From Bigelowiella natans CCMP2755 (lineage: Eukaryota; Protista; Cercozoa), in NCBI GenBank assembly GCA_000320545.1, contig ADNK01000489.1, positions 124,001-188,000 of the forward strand: a DNA stretch of 64,000 nt. The letters are read 5' to 3'. The translations under genes were made by a program, and so were the position numbers. A model generated the notes under the pieces. That model saw only the letters and a list, made by a program, of their open reading frames with translations. It did not search any database and was not told where the DNA came from. Below are positions 1 to 12,794 of this stretch, one piece after another. Positions within the stretch are counted from its first letter, which is position 1; each line of letters opens with the position of its first letter.

Positions 1-1604
1 CTGAATTCAACCGTGATACGATTCTGGAGGTCTGACGGGAAGTAGCAGAGGAGTCCGGCCCCATAGGGTCTGGATTCTCTCCGAACTCAAATCGTCGAGA
101 ACGAGAGCCAAATGGGTAGAAGTTCGGCTTGGTTTTGCCTTTGATTCTCTGCTTCGCATATTTCTTTCTAATCGACTGCTGGATGTTAGAGACTTGGTAC
201 TGCCGAGACTGGCTGAAGTTGTGCTTTATGTGCTGCTCTATTGGAACGCCAAATGCTGTGGTCTGGAACCCACTGCAAAATATCAATTATGGGAAATAAT
301 AATGACAGGAGATTCAGAAGACAATCAATGTGATAGATCAGAAAATCACTCGGGAGAAACACGGAACTAAACTGGAACCCACATCATGGGTAGATAAAAG
401 CTGCATTGTCGAAATTCAGAAAAGAAAAAAAAATAATGAGAGCTATGAGCTGCTCAAAAAGGAAGCAACTGATCAAAATATTAGAAGACAAACTTCCCTT
501 GAATGTATCTAATTCTATTTATGATACGATTATCATATTCAGAACAATGTTGTGTTGTTAATTAGCTCGCCAGGATTTAATAAAAGAAATCACCTTGCAT
601 TGAAGACACCCGGTTGGGTTTTAGTGCTGAGGAGATGGTGCATATTTGACGTTAGATTCGAGAATTTTATAGCCATGGCACGTTCTTGCTCCGCTTGTAG
701 TTTTGCGTAGTTTTCTCTCTCCTTCTCATCTAGGGCTGCCATCATTTTTATACTCTGAAGAAGATAAAGATAGAGAGATAGAAATAAGTCCGTGAGATCT
801 TCACATCTAAACTCATCGAATCAGTTAGAGGTTGAAACAAAAATATGGCTTGAGCTATGTCTATATAAAGGAACCTTCTCGTGGATTGTACGGATATATT
901 CTCTTCTCTTGTAGAAGTCATGTTTTGTCTTCCTACTCGTATAACCCCTCCACCTGGGGATCAAAAGGGAACAAATTAGAGATTATGAAATTCCGGCTCG
1001 TTAAAATTGAAACTTACACTTTCTGGATCTTGGTAGCCAAATAGTTGTAGTATTCGGCGTTTTGCTGCTGGAAATGTTTCGCCTTTATGGCACTGACCCT
1101 ATTTAAAGCAATGCTTAAAGAAACCCAAAAAGATATGTTGCATCCAACTTCGAACCTTTTCCTATCTCGATGACCGCGCCATAACCTTTGCATTTCCGTT
1201 GCTCTTTTGCTGAGAAATATTTGCAAGTGGAGTACAATCATTAGGTCGATCATTAGTGATTGCCTGAAAATGGCTTGTTCTATGGCTCGCACTTACTTCA
1301 AAATTCTGATGTATCTCCTAGCCATCCATCCGCGGACAAACCTTTGTATCCTAACTACTGCCCTCAGCTCATTTGAGCGATTTTTCTCTGTTTCTCTAAA
1401 GAGAGGGATGGGGAGATAGGAAAAATAAATTCCAGTCGAGACAAATATAGTATCCGATAACAATTGGGAATCTAGAACAAAAGTCTACGAAACACTGAAA
1501 GTTTACAGAGAAACACACTAATTTTATCACCTAAGAGCATCAAACAGATCCGCCATCATCTGCATGGGCTCCGACTCTTTGATTCGAAGGTAGGCTAGCG
1601 CCAT
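1..1604 (-). CDS. SPATA17: Spermatogenesis-associated protein 17-like IQ-motif protein (multi-exon; 3' end runs off the window)
   Basis: ATG at 1604 (MALAYLRIKESEPMQMMADLFDAL). Spliced exons give three IQ motifs (VRIQRFVRGWMARR, TEMQRLWRGHRDRK, ATKIQKV-WRGYTSRKTKHDFYKRREYI) and HHLLSTKTQPGVFNA, matching my recall of the SPATA17 signature. GT-AG introns. Confidence 0.85.
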
Positions 1605-2714
1605 TTGTTATTGTCCCTCCTCCTGAGTGGAGCGTAAGACGAAAGATTCGCTGGCACGACGTCTTGCTCTGGGTATTGGCAAATGTGCGTCTCTTCGAGA
1701 AAGTCCAGTAAAACCGGGACCTTCGTTAAGAAACGACAGTCACAGCTTACGCACGATCTCTCGAACTTCGTACGTAGGACACCCTAGCTCTGGCGAACTG
1801 GCCAACGACGGGGGGGGGAAACTCTGGCAGGTATCTGTCAGCCACAATGGATTACTGACGACAACATTGGCGATAGAAAAACGCATGGAATTTTATATTA
1901 GAGACAGATATATTTTGTTGTCGTAAGTGAATAACCCCATGTACTCGATCTCGATTTCGATCCAAGGAAGGATGAGATTCGGTCGAAGAAACTCCCGACC
2001 GAAACGGTAGGGGGAAACGCTCCAGCTTAGTATCGTTTTTTGATGTCGCACCTATAAAATCACCTAGATTTTATGCAACACACGGCGACGATAAAGCACG
2101 TCCGAGAAGGATAATGGCTTCCCGCCGGGCGATCCGTGCATAAAGAATAGACGCCGACTTGGACGGAGATGGCTTCTCACTCTTCCTATAGATCGAGTAA
2201 TGTTGAGGCGAAGAAGCGACAAGGGTAATAATCAGTGGAGGGGGTTTCTCTCCTCAGCCAGCCTGCCTCTAATTGTTTGCGTAGCATTGCAACTTCCGAA
2301 CCACCGGATGACACTACGTTGCAGCGATCATTCATTATCGGTGTAGTAAGTAGGTTCTCAAGTTTTTATTTAAAATAAGAGGAAGACTTTGTAATGGTGT
2401 CTTCATTCCGGTTGGTAATATGGCGTAGGCAGGCGCTGCACGATGAAGATATTTGTAAATATGTATTTGTATTTGTTTGAACTTTACGAATGAGAACGTA
2501 CCATCGTGCCGAGTAGGGAGTTTGTTAATGAGGGGAAACCAGCTTCGGCTCCGTTGCAAAATTTCAAGCCTTGCCATCCATTCGGTAAGTTAAATAAAAG
2601 TTATACGAAAATATCGTCACACACATCGGACGGGTGGGCTTTTATATCCATCCTAACTAGATGCAACAATGTTCATACACAGTGACGAATTATTGATATG
2701 TGTACACTCTTTAG

Positions 2715-2935
2715 GGCTAGCATCACAATCATCATCGTCCTCATTATCGTCCAATGTAGCAGCAGCTTCTACTGCTGCTACTGCTGCTGCTACTACCACT
2801 ACCACTGCCTCGAACTCATCCTCACCCTTGCTTACTTCATCGCCAATGTCATCGTTGGTGTCAAGTACAAAGCAAGATAGTGCTGCTGCCGCCGTGTTTC
2901 CACTCAAGGTTGTCAGCAGAAGCATTCATAATATG

Positions 2936-2987
<52 letters not shown>

Positions 2988-3113
2988 ACATATATGCTCC
3001 CATTGAACACTTCCATTTCCTCCATCAATGCAGGCTGTATCTTCTCATATTACTCATTTGAGTGGAGTTAGTCCAACAAAGGACGCTAGCATCTTTATGG
3101 CCGCTGCTCTAAC

Positions 3114-3148
<35 letters not shown>

Positions 3149-3494
3149 TGTTAAAGTTGCCCTGAACATGTGCTTTGTGCGCATTTGTAGCGCTGCTCCT
3201 CCTTGGTTTTATCTTCCATTGTAAGTTCAAGTATTTATACGTATCGTAGCAAATCGCTACAGAACTGTTATCCAAAGCCCGAGCCAATGGCATAGAGGGG
3301 GGAGAAGGCAGGTTGTTGCGTAGTCCTGGGTCTCTCACAATCACTAATAATCCATGTTGCTGCACTCTTCCTCTTGTTCTGGGCCTTTTCCTTTATCCTG
3401 CTTACTAAGTAGTATATATAATGCTCATCTTGACGAAAGTTGTCACAAGGCTTCCATATCTTTGCAGACTTTTCCATCCTCTTTCTCGTTCTCC

Positions 3495-3575
<81 letters not shown>

Positions 3576-4610
3576 CAAATGCTTTGACTTCCTACCTACT
3601 CCCCTCTTCGTTCGTTATGGTGTTTGTTGTTCAGCGAGGAGGCAACAGCAGCCGACCCCGTCAGCAGCGACGGCAGCAGCAGCAGCAGCAAACAACGGGT
3701 GATAATCAACCCCAAAATGGTCTTTCAAACGCTCCAAGATGTCCCACGTAATAATACATAAAAGAGAAAGTGGTTGGTTGTTGGTAACGCTAGTCTGCGA
3801 CAACTACAACACAACAACAACAACAACAACGACGACGACGACGATGTGATCCTATCCATGCCATTGCTTCTACCACTGTCGCCATCCATGCACTTCACAG
3901 CAGATATAGCACAAGATCTGCCTAAACACACCTTTCGCCTTTACCCCTGCTACTGCTACTGCTACTACTACAGACCTGAAAGAGATGCTACTTCGTGGCA
4001 AAGCAGCAATGGCAGCTAAAGGGCAAGAGAGGCACAAGCGAAAACGGGCTATTCGTGCCAACAGCAACAGTAGTAATATACCGGGAATAACAGCAAAACC
4101 GGTTCGCTCAACAGCAGGCATGCTCCAGCAGCAAGCGTCACAATCATCCTCATCCTCTTCCTCCTCCTTCTCAGCGGAGGCAACAAGAGAAGGCGGGAAG
4201 AGACGAATTCATATCATTGAGGAGGGGAGAGTAGAAAACGAAAAGAATGGAGAGAATAAGAGAAGGAAAATGGAGGAAGATGATGATGATGAGGATGAGG
4301 ATGAGGAGGAGAGGGAGGAGGAAGAAGGAACACCGATTGGGAATGATGTGATGAGTATAAAAAGAAGAAGAAGAAGAATCAACAGCAGCAGTAGCAGCAG
4401 GGGGTCATCATCATTACGTCCCCTCCTCGGATTGCCTCCTCATGCTCCTTCATCAGCATCAACAGCTATATCCTCCTCCTCCTCCTCCTCCTCCTCCTTC
4501 TCCTCCTCCTCCTCACCATCACAATCACAACATATGATGAAATTTCCGTCCCCAATGGCTTTAATGGTCGACGGAAACTTGGGGGCAGGAAAAACTACCG
4601 CGGCGCACGT

Positions 4611-4647
<37 letters not shown>

Positions 4648-5618
4648 TCTCTTTGTATAATGTACATATATAGCTAGGTGCCTCCTGTTTTTATGTAAAT
4701 CGATCAGAAGTAGTTGCCATGTTGTTGTTCCTCCTCCTCCTCCTCCTCCTCCTCCTCCTCCTCCCCCTCCCACGACCCGACTGCTCTAATTTGGATTTTG
4801 CTCCTCGCTGTGTGCCGTCTTCTATTTTGCTACTTCGCCCTCGTGTTGTTTGTTGTCGTTGTTGTTGTTGCCATTAACCGCCTTTGTTATTGCTCAGATG
4901 CTGTGCAAGCTATTGAACACTTCGAAACTGCTGAGGGCTGTAGGAGGCACCACTCACGACCTGTTCTTGGAGGACACAACTTGCCTCCCTGTCTCACAGT
5001 CAATGCTGCTGCTTCATCATGTAAAGACCACGCTGCTGCCTAACTAGCGTATTAGAGTTAGCAGTAGTAGCAGCTTGCAGCTCTTCTCTGTCTCAAATGA
5101 TGAACTACTACTATGAGCCAATCGTGCGTTGTTGTTGCCACCCCCTCCCTAATCCTCCGTCTCACCCATCTTCCAGGGCAGTTTCAGGGAACAGCTCTAT
5201 GGATACATTGTCTCGCTTTCAACACAACTAGCACTCACGCTTAAGAGGTAGTAAGTAGTAGTAGTAGTTGTAGTTGTAGTAGTAGCAGCAGCAGTATTAG
5301 TAGCAGTAGTACACGTTGATTTTTAATCCGATACAAAAGTGAATCGATGTCTTGATTGTAATGATTCCAATGTTATTTCTCTTCTATCCTTCTTCTCATC
5401 CCTTCCTCCTCCGCCTCTCTGTTCTCGCAAGATGCGAGGTTATCAGCAAGAGGAGATGTAGCGATAAACGACACAAATCGACATCGTCATTTTGCTGTAT
5501 TCTGGTCAGTTCGTACGACATTCAAATCTGTCCATGTGTTTTCGTGTGTGCGTGTTTGTGCTTATTGAAGCACATCTATTCTCTCTCTCTCTCTCTCTCT
5601 CTCCCTTTCTCTCTTTCT

Positions 5619-5663
<45 letters not shown>

Positions 5664-7227
5664 ACACTCACACACACTCACGGGAGAGCAGCACGACGAA
5701 GTCATTATCGTGATCTCTTGACAAATGTGCTACGGGTTTGTTTGTTTGTTTGTTTGTTTGCTGCCTTGTCTTCAGGATCGATCGCCTTTGTCACTTGATG
5801 GGCTGATGATATACGGTGTTTGCGAGGGTATCATCACGAAAAGCCAGGCAAGCCAACTAGACAACGATAAACCACTACCACTATCATCAACATCACCAGA
5901 CAACAACCCGCATATATTTGGATTTGCAATCTCCCGTGAGCGTGTGCGTGTGCTCGCTTTGCTGTCCCTCTTCTAGTAATCATGCCGCTCTCCACGACTT
6001 TTGCTTCTTCTTCTTCTTCTTCTTCTTATTATTATTATTATTCTCTTCAGTTTGAAATGTTCTCCGCACAGCGAGACAGCATATGGACGCAGTGGAATCA
6101 GGTTGGCACCACGTCATCATCACATCCATCTCCATCACAATCACTGGTTGCATCATGCGCTTGGTTCTGCTGCTGCGGCTTCTTCTCCTTCTTCTTCTTC
6201 TTCTTCTTCTTCTTCTTCTTCTTTCTCACACTTGATTATTATCAATCACCACCAGGAGGAGAAGAATGCCCTTCACACGATGTTGCTGTACATCGATAGC
6301 GAACCGTGTGTGTGCAGGACAAACCTCACTCGCCGGCAGATGCTGCTTAATGATCACCTTGGGGTAGTAAGTAGTAGTAGTAGTAGTAGCAGCAGCAGCA
6401 GCAGCAGTAGCAGTAGAAGAACCGCAATTAACGTTTTCATCAATCACCAGCTGACGAATTCAGTCAATCGTGCACTCACCATGCGCTTTGCCAGGGAAAT
6501 GGAAGAGGAGGAGGAGGAGGAGGAGGAGGAGTGGGACAACGGGCAATAAAGAAGGAGGACAAGGAAGATAATAAGGGGAACGACAATCATAATGCAGATC
6601 AACGACGACGTGGCATTAGTAACCAAAGTGGAAGAAAGAGGAGCTACACCAAGAGGAGTGCTGCCGCAATTCCGAGCAGCAGCAGCATGATGGTCCCCTG
6701 CTCAATGGAGGTCATCATGGAGCGTCTAGATGAGGCAAACTTCCTTCGGATCATCAGCTTACTCTTGGTCGAGGAGGAGGAGGAGGAGGAGGGGGAGGAG
6801 GAGGGCGATGATGATGATGATGATGACGACGATGACGAGGCAAACCAAAGTATTATTCGAGGAGCTGCTTTAGGAGGAGAACAACCAAAGCCAATGATGG
6901 CAAAAGAGGCAGGTAGTGCCACAGCAGCTGCTGCTGCAGGCCCCATCGCACGACGAGGAGGAGGAGCAGGAGGACAACGAAAACCACGGAAGAAACGATC
7001 ACCACAACTACGTCGTCGTGGTGGTGGTGGCGGTACAGCTGCTGCTGCTGCGGATGGGTGCTACTTCTCTCTGAAGAACAGAAACAACAACAACAACAAC
7101 AACGTGTGCATTCTCTTGGAGTGCGACTTGAGCCGCCAAGAGCTCGCTACTTGCCCTCGCTGCGGTTAGTGATAAATGATCCATCCTGCTGCTGCTGTTG
7201 CTGTTGCTGCTACTACTACTGCTGTGT

Positions 7228-7268
<41 letters not shown>

Positions 7269-7308
7269 TGGATTTAGATCTACTATTTTCCAATCAATAT
7301 ACATATAT

Positions 7309-7369
<61 letters not shown>

Positions 7370-7904
7370 CGTGTGTTGTTATGACGATGATGTTCCTTGC
7401 TGACCTACAATACATCTTTTCTGCTCATTGTTCTCAGACATCATGCTTGACGGCTCAAAAGTGAGTCAATCGTCTTCCTCCAGAAAGTCTTCATCAATGC
7501 CTGCATCGTCATCTGTGGGGTGGAGGGTCCTGGAGATGCTGCTCGCATCGTTGCCTAGCAGCAGTAGTAGTAGTAGTAGTAGTATCAACGCTGCCATGAC
7601 GAAGAAGAAGAAGAGGAGGAGGCACAGTCAAGCCTGTGAGAATGGGGGAAATGCCGATGATGACGACGATGACGACGACGACGATGATGATGACGATGGA
7701 GGTGATAAAGATGCTCGAGGTCGTCACGGTGCGAGAGGGATCACGAGCACTAGCAACAACAGCAGCAGTGGTAGCGTCTTTGGCCAAGCTGGAGATGTCA
7801 GGCTAAGGTACCACAGAGGAGCAGTGGAGGAGGACGAGGAGGAGCAGGAAATCTAGTCGCACTTCTCCTCCTCACACTTCTTTCTTCTTAATGTGTTTCC
7901 TTTC

Positions 7905-7949
<45 letters not shown>

Positions 7950-8700
7950 AGACACACACGCATCTATTTGCATGACTGCTCTGTTTGATCGTCCCGCTGT
8001 AATAATCTAGTGTTAATAGACTGGTGCTCTGCTCTTTGCTCATGTTCGGTTGGAGCCCTCTAGAGAACATTGGAGGAGGAGGAGGAGGAGGAGGAGGAGG
8101 AGGAAGAGGAAGCAGTAAATTGATTCGTGGTGATATTCTGATCAAGTGCGTTGGGTGTCCGCTCCATATTGATGATGATGAGGAGGAGGAGGATGAGGAG
8201 ATGAAGAGAACGAAACCAGCCGTGGGGCGAGCTGATGAAGCTGAGGAGGCGGAGGAGGAGGAGGAGGAGGAGGAGGAGGAGGAAGTGGAAAAGACGAAGG
8301 GACTGCAAGGAGCGAAGCAACAAGTTGGAGGGAGAGGAGGAGGAGGAGAGGAGAAGGAGAAAGAAGAGACCCACACGGAAACGAGAAGTTCAGTTGATAA
8401 CAACTACAACTACAAGAAGAAGAAGAAGAAGAATAGATTGACCGATGTCTTAAAGGTGTGCTACCAGTCATCCGAGGACGTTTTACGAGCTTACAAAGCA
8501 CTGATCGAGCTCAGGTGCTGCTGCTGTGCATGTGCCCATGCATGTACTTGCGTGCATTTGCGGATATATAGCTCTCATCATCATCATCATCATCATCTTA
8601 GCCTCCTGCTATCTAGAGCTTCCTCGGTCGTAATGTTGTCGAGTCGCCTCCTTGTGATTGCTGCCAAAAATATTTGGATGATGCTTTAAACTGCGAGTAG
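2715..8700 (+). CDS. Multi-exon protein: N-terminal H2A-like histone fold, low-complexity linker, deoxynucleoside kinase (dNK)-like P-loop domain, unassigned C-terminus; true start probably upstream of 2715
   Basis: Phase-consistent exons ..2908, 3034-3114, 3250-3311, 3635-3747 and 3974-4608 give VFPLKAVSSHITHLSGVSPTKDASIFMAAALTQIATELLSKA...KQRVIINPKMVFQTLQDVPHLKEMLL. Downstream exons give dNK motifs in order: DGNLGAGKTT, FLE, YYYEP, SFREQLY, ILDRSPLS, LLYIDSEPCVCR, ERLDEAN. The last exon ends CCQKYLDDALNCE-stop at 8700. Confidence 0.7.
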
Positions 8701-9195
8701 CCTACTGCTATGTCTCTCTGGTTTGCATAAGCGAACTCCACCCCCCTCACATCCATTCTTTCTCTCGGTTGCAACCGTATTATTGTCTCAGGAAAAAGAA
8801 GAAGATTCCTCACACAAACGGAGGGGCAGGGTGTCAAGCACGCATTAGTAGGAGGGTAGAGGTGATAGATGATGACAAACAATTGGAAAGCACGATGATT
8901 CACAATCGGTGCGGATCATAGCGGTTTTGGAGGTGGTGGTGGTGGTGGTGGTGGTGACGATAACAATTATTGTAAGAAGTGTTTTGTTGGAGATGAATAA
9001 GCTCCTTTACCTCCACCATTCTTCTGTCTCATGATGCTACTGTTCTCGTACATTTGGGAAGGTCTACATCTCAATGGCATGCTGGTCCATCCCCACCACC
9101 AGCAACCCCTTCAGGCGAGTTGTGATGTTCCACCTCTCGAGGTAGGAACGATGATGATGATAGCAACATCAGAAAATATTTGCAATGAGTAAAAG

Positions 9196-9233
<38 letters not shown>

Positions 9234-9599
9234 CAAGAAGTGGTGCATGATCTATCACGTGTTATCTCTCTGATCATTCTTCTCGACCAATACCAAAATT
9301 CATGATGCCAAAATGGTGTGTATTCATCTTATTTCCAACATTAGAGCATGAGCACCACTCTTATTTATGCATCGCGAACACCCCTGCGATCTCCTGAATA
9401 AATTGCTTCTAATCCCTGGGTTCACTGATACGATTTTTTCTCGCGCGTATACGCATGCAGAGGGCACTCCGTCACGTTCTATGTTGAAGGGAAACAAGAA
9501 ATATTCGGAGAATCTTCCGATGAAAAAGTCATCGAATCTGTGAAAACCAAATTTCGGGCTGCGGGATTAACAAGCTGGAGTCTCAAGGTATCATCATCC

Positions 9600-10350
9600 T
9601 AGCTGTGCAATTGTGTACGAGAACTAACAAGCCTACACTCAACAATGGTGACGAATGGATTATTGGCGCATAAAACAGTCATTATCTAGTTATTATGAGT
9701 GACGCGCCGCGCGAGCGTGAGCACGCCCAACAACATCTAGAATATCGGTGCACAGCTCAAAAAGAGCAGCAGGCCAAAGCAAATATTGCGCGCATGCTAC
9801 CTTGCTAGCTTGTGCGAGACCATTTTTCTTTGCTCATTTGCTGAATCATGCGTGCACACGTGCCACACGTGCCGGCGAGCTGCACGGAATTGGCTGGATA
9901 CTACACCAGGTAAGCGCAATGTTTTCCTGCGCGTGTCCTATGCACGCTGCGAGTGATGATGAGACAACGTACAAACGAGTGCGCTTGATAAGCGCACATG
10001 CGTATGCAAATGCTTAGCAGATTGTGCCAAGATTGCCAATATATAAGCAGAATGACATACTAAGCAACTACTAGTTACACACATCTAGATGTTGTTATTG
10101 ATTACATCCGTCTTACATCTAGATGTTGCTGAGAGACCGATATCATGTCAGAGCTCCGTTGGCAACAGTGCATAACCTTTCTCAGGGTAGCAGTCTTCTT
10201 TCTACCGCTTCGAGCACTCTCTATTTCGACTTCCACGTACGTGCTAGCGTGCGCGATGAAGAAACACTTCGCAAATATGTACATGCACCCGTCAAAGCGC
10301 AGACGCCTTGACCTTATCTGTCTTGATTCTGTGGTTGATGATGACGACGT
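9600..10350. repeat. CpG-decayed (CTAG/CATG/TGCA-rich) intergenic island 1
   Basis: Dense CATG/TGCA/CTAG tetramers and no credible ORF. Contains the 20-mer TTGATTACATCCGTCTTACA (10098-10117), identical to 46500-46519. Confidence 0.6.
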
Positions 10351-10415
10351 CAGATGATGATAGTGATAGTGATGTGTAGATTAAAATTGATTCAAGAAGA
10401 TTACGATACCTTTAG

Positions 10416-10526
<111 letters not shown>

Positions 10527-10684
10527 ATACATATTTAAGCAAGCATGAAATTGCCGTAATACAAGCTTTCAGGTTGCGAGACACTTGAACAACTCTTTTT
10601 TTTCTTTCTCTGTGAAATAATTCTTTGCTATTTTCTCTGCTGCTGCGATCATGGTCACCTATTGTATATCTTACATTACTACTG

Positions 10685-11323
10685 CTACGTTAGGATTACT
10701 GACCTCTTGATATAGTCTCGGTCGCCATCCCTCTGTTCCAACTGATGAATGTTGTAGCGGTGCCAAATAAGCAAAGGCAGGCAGTAACGAGTCAGGCTCA
10801 CATACATCCATGCATACAGATGACGACCGATACGATGAAAGTGGTGGATCAATTGTGAGTTGGCAATCCATTGCCATCTTTCTAAGCACTTCTCCGCATC
10901 ATCTGCAACAACCTGCAGAAGTGTTGTTATTACCTTCTGACCACTTTTGAATGCCTTGAGCTTCTTCCTTTTTTTCTTCTTTCCTTTTCCCTAATAAGTA
11001 AGCAGTTGGTAGGTAGGCAGAGGGGCGACGAACCACGCAACGATGGGTTATTCTTCTGTAGTACTCTCAAGATCTTACAACAAAAATGTAATGATATCAT
11101 CATACTAAGACACAACGACTCAAAGCACAAAAGGAGAAGGGGGGGAGGGGTTGGTGATCAAGTGCTGCGACTGACCGAGACGAAGTTACGCCAGCTTCCA
11201 ACCCGCTTCTCGCGCCCTTCAACCCAATTCTCCTCCTTTTTCTTCTCGACCTGGACAGGTGTGTTTACACATCGATGATGGGATATGATGAGAAGACAGT
11301 GGGCAGCGGTTTTCATTGGGAAT

Positions 11324-11356
<33 letters not shown>

Positions 11357-11577
11357 GGGAGGAGGAGGAGGAGGAGGAGAGGAGGAGGAGGTATGTTTGA
11401 GGCACTCCTTAATAATGCGAATCGGAAGATATATCGCATCATTTGAAGTGTGGTAGTGGTGGGAATGGTTGTAGCTGCTGCATACAATATGCATATTTAA
11501 CAGCAAGTCGTTTTTCTGTCCAAAAAGACTATATACTACACAATTTGCTTCTATTTTCTCATTTGGCACCACTACTG

Positions 11578-11608
<31 letters not shown>

Positions 11609-12370
11609 CTCTCTCGCTACTTTGATTTCCTTCTTCTCTTCCGCAGCCTGTTTCTGTAGAAACACGCATATCACCACCACAATCACCATCATCATCATCA
11701 TCATTTTTATCTGGGGCAATGGGTGGTGGTTGATTTGGAAGCTCGCACGAGGATACGAATACTGCAAGGCCATTAGAGAAGACACTCTCTCCGTTATGTC
11801 TTCCTCATGTTCTTATTCTTCTTCTTCTCTCTTTTTTTCTTTCTTTCCTCCTCCATTTTATTTGTACGCCGTCCGTCGTGTTCTTAAAAAAGCACCACCA
11901 ACTAACCAACTAATCCACACCAACCTCAGCCTGAGTAGCTGCTTTCAGTAGTTGCCTCTTCCGCCACCTGTCCGCCATCGTTGTTGGAGAGAGAGGGGGG
12001 GGGGGGGGGAGAGAGAGAGAGAGAGAGAGAAGGAGGGGAGATAAAAAAAGGAGAGGAATGTGGGTTGGTATCAAAAGTTTTCACATATGTTGTTTGTTTT
12101 TGTACATCGCACTCTAGAACATGGATGATGATGCACGAGTATAAACCAATCATCAATCTCCTTTAATCGTTGGATGGGGAATCTACACAGGGCTTAGTGT
12201 TTCTCCGTGGATGCTTGTGTTGTTGTTGTTGTTGGGTGTGAGGCAGTAAGGGGAGAGAAAATAAGAACTGTACTACTCGCGCTCTATCATCATCTCCTTC
12301 ACCTGTGTCAACAGGAACGGGGGGGGGGGGGGGTGAACCAACGAGTATGAGCACCATCACATACAATATT

Positions 12371-12405
<35 letters not shown>

Positions 12406-12723
12406 TACATGTATGTAAGTATACATATATACTCATACCACAGTATGAATTGTACGATATAATACACACACACACACACATATGCATATGTATACACATT
12501 TTTCGTATATCGATAGTGAACGCCGCACTCAGTACATAGCGAATAATGCTGTCTCATCTGTGTTGCTGTCTTCTCATCACCTCGTTGCGAACTTCCATAT
12601 GAAAGTTGGGGTCCTTTTCAGCTTCCTTCAGGGGATCAGGCCCCCCCTCAGCCATAATGTCCTGCTGCCGTTTTTTCTCGGCTGAGGTATGTAGCAATTT
12701 TCACGGTGTAAATATTATTAAAC

Positions 12724-12794
<71 letters not shown>

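Noticed and set aside
1979-2002. Hairpin TCGGTCG...CGACCGA in the divergent promoter region
   Set aside because: A 7-8 bp stem is expected by chance and there are no tRNA or snRNA features.
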